Source: Bacteroidales bacterium
GTDB taxonomy: Bacteria > Bacteroidota > Bacteroidia > Bacteroidales > ML635J-15
Direction: 5' to 3'
Assembly (NCBI GenBank): GCA_031284905.1
Contig: JAITXI010000120.1
Location: 1 to 55,484 of the forward strand
Length of the DNA stretch: 55,484 nt
Positions 35,447-47,200 of this stretch are shown piece by piece. Position numbers and translations under genes: made by a program. How positions within the stretch are numbered: position 1 is the first letter of the stretch; every line of letters starts with the position of its first letter. A model generated the notes under the pieces. That model saw nothing but the letters and a program-made list of their open reading frames with translations, ran no database searches and was not told the DNA's origin.

Positions 35447-38400
35447 TTATTTTTGTGAATTTTTAGCTTTTTCTTTCATTCTTTTAGCTTTATGTTTATC
35501 TCTTAATGTCTTGAAAGTAATTTTTTCCCAAATATCGGTAATCATTTCTTTAAAAGTATTAAATTCTTTGGTGTAATAAACTCCAATACCGGCAGTATAA
35601 GGACCATTTTCCGTATCCATATCATCATTTTTACGACTGAAACCTTTTACACGAAAATTTCCACTTGGAGTTATTTTATATTGAATTTCTATATCGCCAA
35701 CCATCGTATTTGTAGTGGTTTTACTTTCTCCATACCCAACATTTCCATTGATTAAAAGTCGGTCATTTAGAATTTGAGTGGACATAGCGACTTCAAACTC
35801 TTGTTCGCTCATATTAGTACCGGGGTGATATTTGAAACCAATGTCAAAATCTTTGCTAATTTGAGAAAGCCAGTTACTTATTTGATTGGATATCAATTCA
35901 AATGATGTTGAACTAATTGTATTTCCTGCTATTTCGCCTGTTTTTGGAATGTTGTCGGTTGTTAAATTTTGGTTAGAATTAAAAAAACGATTCATAATTA
36001 GCAAAAAAACAAATTGTTTATTAATTTCATCCTGAGACAGACTTAAAAGTTGATTTTTTGTTTTTTCACTTCCGTTCGGAATTTCAAGTCCAAATTCGAT
36101 ATCCGGTTTTGTTAAAATTCCTGTTAAGTGCATTTTGCAATCAACATTTGCAGATTTATACATTTCGGTTGAATCAAGAGTTTCGGATAAAAGGTCTTTT
36201 AGTGGTGCTCTTGTTTGATAAATTGCATTCAAATCAATTGTTGCATCTACAGGGTCGCCTGTCCAAGTGAGTGTCCCGCCAGGTTTTATTGTGAATTTTT
36301 TATTTATCACATTTTCAAGTGTAAATAAATAATTTCCATCTACAACTTCTGCTTCTCCATACATATTGAAAGTTTCATCTGAATTGTATTCCATTTTCAG
36401 ATTTCCTTTTGCATGTACGCGAATAATATCACCAATTTTAGGGTCAAAATCAATTTGAACAGTTGCGTCAGGAGTTATTTCAACATCCATTAAAAGATAA
36501 TAATCTGATTTTGATTTCTGTTGATTTATTGGTAGTATTTCATGTGTTGTTGTGTCGTGTTTTATAAATGTCATAAAATCAACACCTTCGCTACTATATA
36601 CATTTGTCATTGGTAGAACAATAATACTGTTTGGTTCTGTTTTCGCATTTACATCAATTCCATAATGTTCGGCATTGCCTGCAATTTTTACGTCTCCTGT
36701 TCCATAAACAGTTCCATAATATGTTGTATTGTCTTTTGCAGTAGTATTTAGTACTTTAATTTTGTTGGAATGTATATTGAAATCGAATCTTAAATTAGTG
36801 AAATTGTTATGATATAAGCCTCCATTGATTGTTCCAGTATTTTTTTGATGATCTTCAAATTTAAAATCATTAAAAGAAATTGCATTTTTTGTAATTTGTA
36901 CTCTATCGTCTAAAATTACTTGTAAATTCAACATTTCATAAGTAAGTTCTGTTTTGTTAAAATCAATATATCCTTCAATTTTAGGATTTTTTAGTTGTCC
37001 ATTTACATCTATGTTAATATTAACACTTCCGTCTAATCCTGAAATTCCTATTGGTTCAGTTATTGGTTCTAAAATTCCGACATTCAAATTATTTATTTGT
37101 AATTTTACGTCTAGTTTATCGTCTGCGGGCAAATATCCTCCTTTTATTTTTACATAACGGTTGTTGCCTTCAATATTAAATCCTTTTGATTGACCGTTCC
37201 ATAATCCGGATAAATCTAGTCTGCCAAATGTAAAATCATTGATTTTTAGATTGTCAATACTTAATAAAGTTCTGAAACTTAAAGCATGATAAAAATCGGC
37301 AACTCTACCGTTTCCGGTTAAAATTCCTTCAAATTGATAGCCTAAGTTTGATAAATATGGATTAATCAAACCAATATCCACATTATTGACTGCAAAATTT
37401 AGAATTTTTGTATTATCATTTGATATTTCACCGTTAATACTAATATTCTGCTCTTTATAACTTAGTAAAAAGTTTTTAATAGCAAAACTGAGTTCGTTTG
37501 GGTCAATATTAATTTGTGATTCCTGAAATTTCCATAAAGCGTTATTTATCATAACCTTAGATTCATAAAGTGTATTTGATATTATTGGAGCATTCTTATT
37601 TTCTTCTTTTGAGAATATTGTTTTAATTTTTATCAAACCTGAATTTTCTATACTGTCATTATTATTATTCCAAGCTAAATTAAGTAAAGTTTCATTATTG
37701 GCAAATGATGTTTCAAGATTAATATTTTCAAAAAACATTTTTTCATAAGAACTAATTTCTTGATTTGCAAAGAAAATTTGAGCGGAATCTTTTAAGCAAT
37801 ATATGTCAAATTCGTTTCCCCAGAAATAAGTACTATCATAAACAACTTGTGGAATACTAATATGAGCATTTAAAATTTGTGAAAGATTATCATTAAATTT
37901 TCCCCCTGCATATAATTCATTTGGAATTGATAAATTTGGAACAAAATTTTGCAAAATTTCATCAATGTCGGTTAGTGTAAAAGTGAAATTAAATTTATTG
38001 TTTGTGCTCAATTCGATTTCTTTGGGTTGTGGAATTAATGCAGGTAAATACGCCGAAAGCATTGTTTGTATCTTATTTATTATTTCGATATAAAGAAAAG
38101 TTCCATATAAATTCAAATTACAATAATCTGAACGAATTGTAAAAAATTGTTGTTTTTCTCGTAAAAAACTGTTCACATCAAAATAATTCAGTTTATATAA
38201 ATCATCTTTATAAGTGAATTTTACATTATTAATATTCAAATTTCCTTCAGGGAATGTTGCAAAATTACCATTAATATTTGAATTTATATTTAATTGAATA
38301 ATACTATTTGTAGAATCAGGTAAAATATGAAGTTTGCTTAAATTTGCTATTAAATTTGCTGTAAAATCCATATCTTTTGTATCATTATTTGAAGAATATT

Positions 38401-39940
38401 GATATTTTCCTGCAAAATCAAATTTTAAATTTTCATCATCTATCTTAATTTTTCCATCAAAAAGATTGTTTTCAATATTTCCGTCAACGAGTATTCCTGA
38501 ATAATTATAACCAAAAAGATTAATTTCCGAAAAATTACAATTTGCTAATATTTTGTACATACCATTAGAACTGAAATTCCCATTGACTGTAGTTTTGAAC
38601 GAAATATTTCCAAAAATCGTTGTGTCGTTTAAAATTTTTCCAAGTTGAATACTATTAGCTAATATATTTCCTGTAAGTTTGTAATTATTTTTATCGAAAT
38701 CGGATATCAAAGCAGCATCTGTTTTGATTGTCCCTAAATTTGTAGTAAATAATCCATTGGTTACAAAATCGTTCATTAAACCTGTGATATTTCCTTTAAA
38801 ATTAATATGAACCAAACTATTTAATTCTTTTGGAAGTTTTATCGGATTATTTGGTGTTACTGCTTTTAAAATTTTTGAAATTTCTAAAATATTTGTATTC
38901 AGGTCTGTTATATTTCCGAAAAGAAAAGTTTGTTCGTAATTAGGAAGTCCGTCAATTGACAAATCACCGGATAATCTTGTAAATAATCCGTAAGATAAAT
39001 TTAAATCATTAATTTTTATTTTTGAGAATCTTCCCGAGAATTTTCCTGAGAGATAAATTCTTTCGTGAACATTTTTATATTCCGGTAAAAAATAAGCTAA
39101 ATCTGAAATTTGAAAAGCTAATGAATCTAAATTTAAGACTAGCGATAATTTATTTTTTATGTCGGATAAATAGTCTTTATCATTACCTTTAAGTTCAATA
39201 TGTGAACTGACAATTTTGGAATTATTTGCTTCTAATCTGAAATTGTCAAAAATCATACCATCGCTAAAATACTTAAATTTTAACTTTATTTCATTAATTT
39301 TAAAACCTGATAATTGTTCCGAACAGCTGAATTTTTTAATATTTACGGAAATGGTATCACTGTCATAATTTATTTCTGAAATACTTGTTGTGATTCCTTT
39401 TATATAGAAATCAGTAAAATCAAAAACCGAATCAGATCTGATGTCTTGATTTTGGAAATCTTTAAATTTAAAATTTGCTTCTTCGAGTGTCAATGCTTCA
39501 CATCTTATTTTAAATTCTATTGGAGTGCTGTCGTTCTCAAAATTAAATTTGTTGAGAACATATTCAAAATTATATTTTCCTAAAGTATCTGCATAAACAT
39601 TAATTTCCGGTTTGAAGATTTTTATATCGTTAATGAAAAATTTTAGATTTAATAAATCTATAGACCCTACTTTAATAATTATTTTTTCTGTTGATAAAAG
39701 ATTTTCATGTATAGAATCTTTAAGTTCTATTTGTTCTAAAACAATTTTATTAGGAAGTGAAAAATATAATTTTTCGATTTTTGCTTCTAAATCAAAATTA
39801 TTTGCTAAAAAAGATGTTGCTTGGCGAGCTAAAAAACTTTGAATTGAAGGGGAAAATAAAATCAAATTAAAAATAAGAAGCATTTTTAGGATTTGTAAAA
39901 ATACTATTACAAAGGAGCGGATTAGCTTTCTTTTTACCAC
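35447..39940 (-). CDS. tamB: translocation/assembly module protein TamB (DUF490 C-terminus)
   Basis: 1497 aa with a GTG start and a single N-terminal TM anchor. The body is a long beta-rich, repeat-poor N/I/F-rich region. The C-terminal block (..GNYLFTLENVINKKFTIKPGGTLTWTGDP..IDLNAIY..) is typical of TamB. Confidence 0.85.
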   Translation of the reverse strand: MVKRKLIRSFVIVFLQILKMLLIFNLILFSPSIQSFLARQATSFLANNFDLEAKIEKLYFSLPNKIVLEQIELKDSIHENLLSTEKIIIKVGSIDLLNLKFFINDIKIFKPEINVYADTLGKYNFEYVLNKFNFENDSTPIEFKIRCEALTLEEANFKFKDFQNQDIRSDSVFDFTDFYIKGITTSISEINYDSDTISVNIKKFSCSEQLSGFKINEIKLKFKYFSDGMIFDNFRLEANNSKIVSSHIELKGNDKDYLSDIKNKLSLVLNLDSLAFQISDLAYFLPEYKNVHERIYLSGKFSGRFSKIKINDLNLSYGLFTRLSGDLSIDGLPNYEQTFLFGNITDLNTNILEISKILKAVTPNNPIKLPKELNSLVHINFKGNITGLMNDFVTNGLFTTNLGTIKTDAALISDFDKNNYKLTGNILANSIQLGKILNDTTIFGNISFKTTVNGNFSSNGMYKILANCNFSEINLFGYNYSGILVDGNIENNLFDGKIKIDDENLKFDFAGKYQYSSNNDTKDMDFTANLIANLSKLHILPDSTNSIIQLNINSNINGNFATFPEGNLNINNVKFTYKDDLYKLNYFDVNSFLREKQQFFTIRSDYCNLNLYGTFLYIEIINKIQTMLSAYLPALIPQPKEIELSTNNKFNFTFTLTDIDEILQNFVPNLSIPNELYAGGKFNDNLSQILNAHISIPQVVYDSTYFWGNEFDIYCLKDSAQIFFANQEISSYEKMFFENINLETSFANNETLLNLAWNNNNDSIENSGLIKIKTIFSKEENKNAPIISNTLYESKVMINNALWKFQESQINIDPNELSFAIKNFLLSYKEQNISINGEISNDNTKILNFAVNNVDIGLINPYLSNLGYQFEGILTGNGRVADFYHALSFRTLLSIDNLKINDFTFGRLDLSGLWNGQSKGFNIEGNNRYVKIKGGYLPADDKLDVKLQINNLNVGILEPITEPIGISGLDGSVNINIDVNGQLKNPKIEGYIDFNKTELTYEMLNLQVILDDRVQITKNAISFNDFKFEDHQKNTGTINGGLYHNNFTNLRFDFNIHSNKIKVLNTTAKDNTTYYGTVYGTGDVKIAGNAEHYGIDVNAKTEPNSIIVLPMTNVYSSEGVDFMTFIKHDTTTHEILPINQQKSKSDYYLLMDVEITPDATVQIDFDPKIGDIIRVHAKGNLKMEYNSDETFNMYGEAEVVDGNYLFTLENVINKKFTIKPGGTLTWTGDPVDATIDLNAIYQTRAPLKDLLSETLDSTEMYKSANVDCKMHLTGILTKPDIEFGLEIPNGSEKTKNQLLSLSQDEINKQFVFLLIMNRFFNSNQNLTTDNIPKTGEIAGNTISSTSFELISNQISNWLSQISKDFDIGFKYHPGTNMSEQEFEVAMSTQILNDRLLINGNVGYGESKTTTNTMVGDIEIQYKITPSGNFRVKGFSRKNDDMDTENGPYTAGIGVYYTKEFNTFKEMITDIWEKITFKTLRDKHKAKRMKEKAKNSQK

Positions 39941-40061
39941 TAATTTAATTTATTTTAATTATATACAAATATTATACAAAATTACTTAATTTATAGCAAC
40001 AATCAATGTTTTTTTAGTAGAACGTGAGAAGTTTGCAAATATTTTTTGATTGTGGAGTGAA

Positions 40062-40240
40062 TTTTAAACCCTAACTCCGCCAAAATTAGGGTGTCTATTG
40101 TGTTAATTGTTTGTGATGCAACGTTTTAAGTTAAATTACAGACAACCTAATTAGGTTACTTAAATAATTTAGCTAATTTTCTGTATCACAGTTATTTATG
40201 TAATTTAACTACCTAAATTGAGCGGAGTTAGGGTTTAAAA
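40062..40240. mobile_element. MITE copy 1 (IS630/Tc1-type termini, TA-flanked)
   Basis: Perfect 19-bp terminal inverted repeat TTTTAAACCCTAACTCCGC / GCGGAGTTAGGGTTTAAAA. There is no coding capacity. The internal sequence is homologous (reverse orientation) to 49320-49679. Confidence 0.8.
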
Positions 40241-40364
40241 CTAAACTGCCATATAATATTTAAAAAAAATTAAACCATAATAGAGTTAAAATCTGCTTCT
40301 CCGTTAATTTTTTACAAAAACAACTTTTTTGATTTTTTCTATTATTTATAATTATGTTAAATAA

Positions 40365-41447
40365 TTATTCAGGCAAAGTAAAAAATAATCCTGCAGCTAT
40401 TATAAAATAAATAATGTTTGGCAACCACATAGAAAAAACAACGCTAACGCCTGCATTCAAAGCAAAAACGCTCGAAAATTTCATAAATAAAATATAAGTA
40501 AAACTCAAAAATAAACCTATTCCAATATTTAGTCCAAGTCCACCACTCCTAACTTTTTTAATTGATAAAGAAAAACCTATAATTGTCAAAATAAAAGTAG
40601 CAAATGGAGAAGCAATTCGGCTATGTTTCTCAATCAAACTTGCAACTACTTCCGGCGAACCCGAAAGTTTTTGTTCTTCAATATATTTATTTAATTCAGA
40701 CGCATTCATCGTTTCAACTATTTTTGCATTTGAGGTTAAATCTTTAGGAAATAAATTAAAAACTGTATCAAGCGAAACTCCCATAATTAATTCTTCGTCA
40801 TCTTCGGAAAAATTTCTTATTTTATAGTTTGATAATGTCCAGAGATTTCTTGTAGAATCCCATTTCATTTTTTGTGCCGAAAGTTTGGAGATTAATTTTA
40901 CTCCATCAAATTTTTCAAGAGTAATATTTACACCTTCACCATCAACTTTATTGAAATAATCAATATAAAAATATAATCCGGGTAAAACCTGACAATGCAT
41001 ATTATAAGCCGTAACCGTAGGAATACTTCTTCTAACATATCTTTGTTCAAATTCCAACTTCTTTTCATTGGCAGGCGGAATAACATAATTTCCAAGAATA
41101 AAAGAAAATGCAGTAATTAACGCAGCAGCAATAAAATAAGGAAATAGTAAACGTTTTGAACTTATTCCACTACTAAATATTGCAACAAATTCTGTTTTTG
41201 CAGCCATTCTACTAGTAAAAAAAATAACAGCAATAAATACGATTAAATGCGTAAACATATTTGCAAAAAACGGAATAAAATTCATATAATAATCAAATAT
41301 TACACCCTTAACCGTAGCTCCTTTATCAATAAAATTATCCATTTTTTCGGATAAATCAAACACTATAGTAACGACAATTAATAAACCTAAGGCAAAAAAG
41401 AAAGTGCCTAAAAATTTTTTAATAATATATAAATCTAAAATTTTCAA
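40365..41447 (-). CDS. LptF/LptG family LPS export permease
   Basis: 360 aa with the YjgP/YjgQ-type topology: N-terminal TM cluster, periplasmic beta-jellyroll-like middle and C-terminal TM cluster. N-terminus is MKILDLYIIKKFLGTFFFAL. Confidence 0.85.
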   Translation of the reverse strand: MKILDLYIIKKFLGTFFFALGLLIVVTIVFDLSEKMDNFIDKGATVKGVIFDYYMNFIPFFANMFTHLIVFIAVIFFTSRMAAKTEFVAIFSSGISSKRLLFPYFIAAALITAFSFILGNYVIPPANEKKLEFEQRYVRRSIPTVTAYNMHCQVLPGLYFYIDYFNKVDGEGVNITLEKFDGVKLISKLSAQKMKWDSTRNLWTLSNYKIRNFSEDDEELIMGVSLDTVFNLFPKDLTSNAKIVETMNASELNKYIEEQKLSGSPEVVASLIEKHSRIASPFATFILTIIGFSLSIKKVRSGGLGLNIGIGLFLSFTYILFMKFSSVFALNAGVSVVFSMWLPNIIYFIIAAGLFFTLPE

Positions 41448-41448
41448 G

Positions 41449-42579
41449 TTAAATACGTTGCATAATATTATTTAAAATTGCTTTTTTCCAAGTCGAGAAA
41501 TTTCCATCAAGAATATGATTACGAGCCATTTCCATAAGTCTTAAATAAAAACCTAGATTATGAATTGAAGATATTTGAGAAGCGAGTATTTCATTTGCAA
41601 TAACGAGATGACGAAGATATGCTTTTGAATAAAAAGTATCTACAAAAGTTGTTCCATTTTCATCAATTGGAGAAAAATCGTTTTTCCATTTTTCATTTTT
41701 AATATTTATCGTTCCATTTTCTGTAAAAAGCATTCCATTTCTTGCATTACGAGTAGGCATAACACAATCAAACATATCTACACCACGTTCAATTCCTTCG
41801 AGAAGATTTTCCGGTGTACCAACTCCCATCAAATATCGTGGTTTATCTTTTGGAAGATTTTCATTCATAATTTCCAAAATTTCATACATAGTTTCTTTTT
41901 GTTCTCCAACCGACAAACCGCCAATTGCATTTCCTTCCGCTCCAATATCTGATACAAATTTTGTTGCTTCAATACGTAAATCCGGATAAACCGAACCTTG
42001 CACTATTGGGAAAAAAAATTGTTTATAACCATACAATGGCATTGTTTCATTAAATTTTTTCCAACCTCTTTGTAACCATTTATTAGTTAATTCTAATGAA
42101 TTTTTAGCATATTTCTTTTCACAAGGAAAAGGAGTACATTCATCAAAAGCCATCATAATATCAGCACCAATATTTCTCTGAATTTCGACAACATTTTCCG
42201 GAGAAAAAATATGTTTTGAACCATCAATATGACTTTTAAAAACTGCTCCTTCTTCTGTTAATTTTCTATTTTTGGCGAGCGAAAAAACTTGAAAACCGCC
42301 ACTATCGGTTAATATTGGTCTATCCCAACCATTAAATTTATGTAATCCACCGGCTTGATTTATGATAAAAATTCCGGGACGAAGATATAAATGATAAGTA
42401 TTTCCTAAAATGATTTGTGCATTTATTTCATTTTTTAATTCGTTGGTATGTACCCCTTTAACAGTTCCACAAGTTCCAACAGGCATAAATATTGGAGTCT
42501 GGATTTCTCCATGTTCGGTAAAAATTGTTCCACAACGAGCAGATGTTTTTAAATCAGTTTTTTCTATTTTAAAAAACAT
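41449..42579 (-). CDS. tgt: queuine tRNA-ribosyltransferase (tRNA-guanine transglycosylase)
   Basis: 376 aa with blocks TPIFMPVGT, ILGNTYHL, TDSGGFQV, AFDEC and GLSVGE. Confidence 0.95.
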   Translation of the reverse strand: MFFKIEKTDLKTSARCGTIFTEHGEIQTPIFMPVGTCGTVKGVHTNELKNEINAQIILGNTYHLYLRPGIFIINQAGGLHKFNGWDRPILTDSGGFQVFSLAKNRKLTEEGAVFKSHIDGSKHIFSPENVVEIQRNIGADIMMAFDECTPFPCEKKYAKNSLELTNKWLQRGWKKFNETMPLYGYKQFFFPIVQGSVYPDLRIEATKFVSDIGAEGNAIGGLSVGEQKETMYEILEIMNENLPKDKPRYLMGVGTPENLLEGIERGVDMFDCVMPTRNARNGMLFTENGTINIKNEKWKNDFSPIDENGTTFVDTFYSKAYLRHLVIANEILASQISSIHNLGFYLRLMEMARNHILDGNFSTWKKAILNNIMQRI

Positions 42580-43003
42580 TAATTATTTTACAACAAAGAT
42601 AATATTAAACTACGAATTTTAAAAAAATATATTAATTGGGTTAATCATTTTTTTTTAAGTGCTATGAAAAAAGCAGTTAACTTTATGTTGTAAAAAACAA
42701 TCAAATATAGAATGTAAAAATCAATAACGAAGCCCATGAAGAGTTATTTACCATGACGATAAGTATGCTTGTACCGGCACATATACTGGAACATTTTGAG
42801 ATGTGGGAGGTATAAGAACATAAATTGAACATATTAATAGGAATTTTATTCAAAGAAATTGGGATAAAGATAAAAAAGATAAGGTACTAAATTATTAGTA
42901 AATTTTATAGCAATTTAAATCGGGTTATATTAATATTTTCCACAAAAATCAAACAATTTTAGAAAAAAACATCAATAAAGTTGTTGTATATTAAAAAATA
43001 ATA

Positions 43004-43011
43004 TATATTTG
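43004..43011 (+). promoter_or_regulatory. -7 promoter box (TATATTTG) for the MFS-adhesin pair
   Basis: TAnnTTTG match 20 nt upstream of the ATG at 43031. Confidence 0.4.
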
Positions 43012-43030
43012 TGAAAATATTTTATTTAAT

Positions 43031-44296
43031 ATGGAAAAACAGCGAAGTTCTTCTTTTAGTATATTTATTATAGGTAGTTTGTTTTTTATTTTTGGATTAG
43101 TAACTTGGTTAAATTCAGTTTTAATGCCGTTTTTACAACAAACTTGTGAACTTACAAATTTTCAGGCATCATTTGTACCTTTTGCTTTTTATATTGCATA
43201 TTTTTTTACGTCAATACCTTCGTCAATGATTTTAAAAAAAACAGGTTTCTCAAAAGGAATGATGTTAGGACTTTTAGTAATGGCGATTGGAACAACAATT
43301 TTTATTCCTGCGGCATTTACCAGAAATTTTTTATTGTTTTTGATTGGATTATTTGTTCAAGGAATTGGACTTTCGTTACTACAAACAGCTTCAAATCCTT
43401 ATGTAACAATTTTAGGACCAATAGAATCTGCTGCACGTAGAATGAGTATTATGGGAATTTGTAATAAAATTGCAGGAATGCTAGGTATTTTGATTTTAGC
43501 ATCATTATTATTCTCAAATATTTCAGATTTTAGCAAAAGTATTAATGAAATTACAGATATTGTTACGAAAGAAGCAGCTTTGCAAGAATTATCAAATCAA
43601 GTAATAATGCCATATTGCGTTATGACAGTAGTTTTGATAGCGCTTATTTTATTTATAAAAATTGCTAAATTACCGGAAATTATTGAAGAAGATGACCCAA
43701 ATATATCATTAAAAAATGCAAAAAAATCTATTTTTTCATATCCATATTTATGGTTAGGAACTTTAGCAATTTTCTTTTATGTTGGAGCTGAAGTGATAGC
43801 TATAGATTATTTAAAAATCTACGGAGCACATCTTGGATTTGATAATAATTTCACGACACTATTTCCTGTTTTTGCTTTGATTGGTCTTGTAGTTGGATAT
43901 TTAGTCGGAATTTTTACCATTCCAAAAATAATTTCTCAACGAAATGCTTTGATTATTCAATTAATATTAGCTATGATTTTTACAACTTTAGCAATTTTTA
44001 CATCAGGAATTGGTTCAATAATTTTTATCATTCTTCTTAGTTTTTCTCATGCAATAATGTGGCCTGCAATTTGGCCTCTGTCAATTCATGATTTGGGAAA
44101 ACACACAAAATTAGGTTCGGCTTTTTTAATTATGGCAATTGCAGGAGGAGCAGTAATTCCACTGATTTTTGGAAAATTATCTGATGTTATCGATATGAAA
44201 TTTGCATATTCAATATTGTTTGTATCATATTTATATATTTTGTTTTTTGCCGTTTGGGGGTATAAATTAAAAATTAATTATAAAAATCCTGTCTGA
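43031..44296 (+). CDS. MFS sugar transporter, glucose/galactose (FucP/GluP) family
   Basis: 421 aa with 12 TM-like segments. The N-terminal region (FFIFGLVTWLNSVLMPFLQ...) and LQTASNPYVTILGP match the family pattern. Confidence 0.85.
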   Translation: MEKQRSSSFSIFIIGSLFFIFGLVTWLNSVLMPFLQQTCELTNFQASFVPFAFYIAYFFTSIPSSMILKKTGFSKGMMLGLLVMAIGTTIFIPAAFTRNFLLFLIGLFVQGIGLSLLQTASNPYVTILGPIESAARRMSIMGICNKIAGMLGILILASLLFSNISDFSKSINEITDIVTKEAALQELSNQVIMPYCVMTVVLIALILFIKIAKLPEIIEEDDPNISLKNAKKSIFSYPYLWLGTLAIFFYVGAEVIAIDYLKIYGAHLGFDNNFTTLFPVFALIGLVVGYLVGIFTIPKIISQRNALIIQLILAMIFTTLAIFTSGIGSIIFIILLSFSHAIMWPAIWPLSIHDLGKHTKLGSAFLIMAIAGGAVIPLIFGKLSDVIDMKFAYSILFVSYLYILFFAVWGYKLKINYKNPV

Positions 44297-47200
44297 TGAA
44301 AAAAATATTATTTATTGTATTATTAGTTTTGATAAATCTTACAAATGCTTTCTCTCAATATGAATTTATTGAAAATAAAGGGCAATGGGATAAAAATATC
44401 AAATTCAAATCGGAAATTCAAAATGGAGCAATTTTTCTGGAAGATAATTGTATAACATTTAATTTTTTGAAATACGAACATTTTCATAATAAAATTTCAG
44501 AACCACGTAAACCCGCTACAGCAGGAGACAATCCACATACAATAGATTTTAATAAGCCAATATTAGGACATGCTTATCGTGTGAAATTTTTAAATTCAAA
44601 TAACCCTTCTTTCGTTACAAACGGAGAAAAAATTGATTATAATAATTATTTTATTGGAAAAGATACTACAAAATGGACATCAAATGTAAAAAAATATAGT
44701 GAAATTTATTATAAAGATTTATATCAAGATATTGACTTAAAATATTATTCATTTGAATTTGGTTTGAAATATGATATTATTGTTCATCCGGGAGCTGATT
44801 TGGATTTGTTGAAAATGGAATATGAAGGCGTTGATGAGATTTTTGTTCATAGAGGAGATGTTTTGATAAAAACAAGTTTGAATACAGTTAAAGAAGGAAA
44901 ACCTTATGCTTATCAAATTATTAACAATGATACGATTGTAATTTCTTGTGATTATATATTGAAAAACAATCAATTAGGTTTTAAATTATCAAAAAATTAT
45001 GATAAAACTAAAGAATTAATAATTGACCCAACTTTAATTTTTTCCACATATACAGGTTCAACTTCTGATAATTGGGGATTCACGGCGACTTACGATAATG
45101 ATGATAATGTTTATTCCGGTGGAATTGTTTTTGGAACAGGTTATCCTGTAAGTACAGGAGCTTATCAAACAACTTTTGCAGGTGGAAATCCTCCAAGTTT
45201 AAGTCCATATACTTGGGATATTGGTATCATAAAATATAATCCTATTGGCACTCAGCGTTTGTTTGCGACCTATTTAGGTGGAGGTAATAGTGAAGAAATG
45301 CCTCATAGCATTGTAGTAAACGAACAAAACGAAATTATTATTATGGGGACTACCGGTTCTTCAAATTTTCCTACAACAGCAGGTGCTTATGATAATACAT
45401 TTAACGGAGGAAGTCCTATCCTATATGATAATGTAATTAGTTTTCAAAATGGCATAGATATTTTTGTTTCAAAATTAAATGCAACAGGAACAAGTTTATT
45501 AGGAAGTACTTATATTGGCGGGAGTGGTAATGATGGGTTAAACTTTCGTAATTATTACGGTAATTCAACTTTAGTTCTTATGTTTGGAAATGATTCTTTG
45601 TATTATAATTATGCTGACGGTGCAAGAGGAGAAGTCGTTGTTGACAAAACAGGAAATATCTATGTTGGTACAAATACGTTTTCAACAAATTTTCCGCAAG
45701 GAATTAATCCGGGCTATCAAACTGTAAGTCATGGCGGACAAGAAGGAGTAGTTTTTAAATTAAATCCGAATTTAACACAATTAATTTGGAGTTCCTATTT
45801 GGGAGGAAGTAATGATGATGCAATTTTTTCAATAAGTTTAAACTCAAAAGATGAAATTTATGTGGCGGGCGGAACAAATTCTCAGAATTTTCCCATAACT
45901 CCAAGTGCTTATAATACAACATATAACGGCGGTTCTGTTGATGCATTTGTCTCAAAATTAAATTCAAACGGTAATTTTTTAATTGGCTCTACTTATTTTG
46001 GTTCAACTGCTTATGATAATGCTTTTTTTGTAAGATGCGACCGTAATGATAATGTTTTCATTTGTGGACAAACAAAAGCGAGTGGTTCAACTTTAATACA
46101 CAATGCTACATATTCAATACCAAATAGTGGTCAATTTATTGCAACATTTAATTCTAATTTATCCGTGTTAAATCGTTCAACAGTTTTTGGAACAGGAAAT
46201 GGACGACCAAATATTTCGATTACAGCATTTGAAGTTGATGTTTGTAATAGAATTTATTTGGCAGGGCACGGCAGAGAATGGGCTGGTTATCAATATAATA
46301 CTTTGGGAAATACATATTATTGGGGACAAACATTTGGTACTGTCGGAATGCAAATTACTTCTGACGCAATTCAAAGTACTACTGATGGACAAGATTTTTA
46401 TATTATGGTTCTTGATGAAACAATGAGCAATCTTGAATATGGTACTTTTTTTGGAGAACAATATAGTAACGACCATGTTGATGGCGGAACTTCTCGTTTT
46501 GATAAACGTGGTAACGTTATTCAATCTGTATGTGCAAGTTGTGGAGGAACTAATAATTTTCCGACAAGTCCGGGTGCATGGAGAACAAATAATGGGCAGG
46601 CTGGTTCTAATTGTAATAATGCGGTTTTTAAAATTAAGATTATCGAAAATCTTGCTACAGCTAATTTTTCTCCTATTCCTATAGGTTGTGCTCCTTATAT
46701 TGTTAATTTTGCAAACACTTCGCAAGGTCAAAGTTTTCATTGGAATTTTGGCGATGGAACTACTTCAACTTTGCAAAATCCTTCGCATACCTACACTACA
46801 GGCGGGCAATTTACCATTCAATTAATTGTGAATGACCCTTCCAGCTGTAATCTTAGTGATACTATTGAAAGAATTGTACACGTAATTAGTTCTACTTCGA
46901 CTATTATGCAAGAAATTTCAATTTGTGCAGGACATAGCACTATCATAGGACCAACAACCACTTATCCGCCGGGAACAACTTTTACTTGGACCGGTGGGAC
47001 AGGATTAAATAATTATTCAACACAAAATCCAATTGCAAATCCTTCATCTACAACTACTTATAGATTAATTGCTCATAGTGTTTGTAATGATACAATTTTT
47101 CAAACTGTTACTGTCCAAAATCCTAATATTACTATCGTTACAAGTCCTGATATAACAATATGCTCCGGAAGTTCTGCAACAATTTCAGCAAATTCTTCAA

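Noticed and set aside
42690-42830. Possible transposase N-terminal fragment (..EAHEELFTMTISMLVPAHILEHFEMWEV*) upstream of the MFS gene.
   Set aside because: It only vaguely resembles the LLPEGILEYFE-type N-termini I recall from some Bacteroidota IS transposases. It is too short and interrupted to support a call without BLASTX.
46177-46740. 187-aa ORF (and several 60-90 aa ORFs at 44749-48319) overlapping the adhesin gene.
   Set aside because: They run antisense or out of frame within a well-supported 1657-aa CDS. They have low-complexity composition (S/C/R/I-rich) and no motifs, so they are shadow ORFs of a repeat-rich gene.
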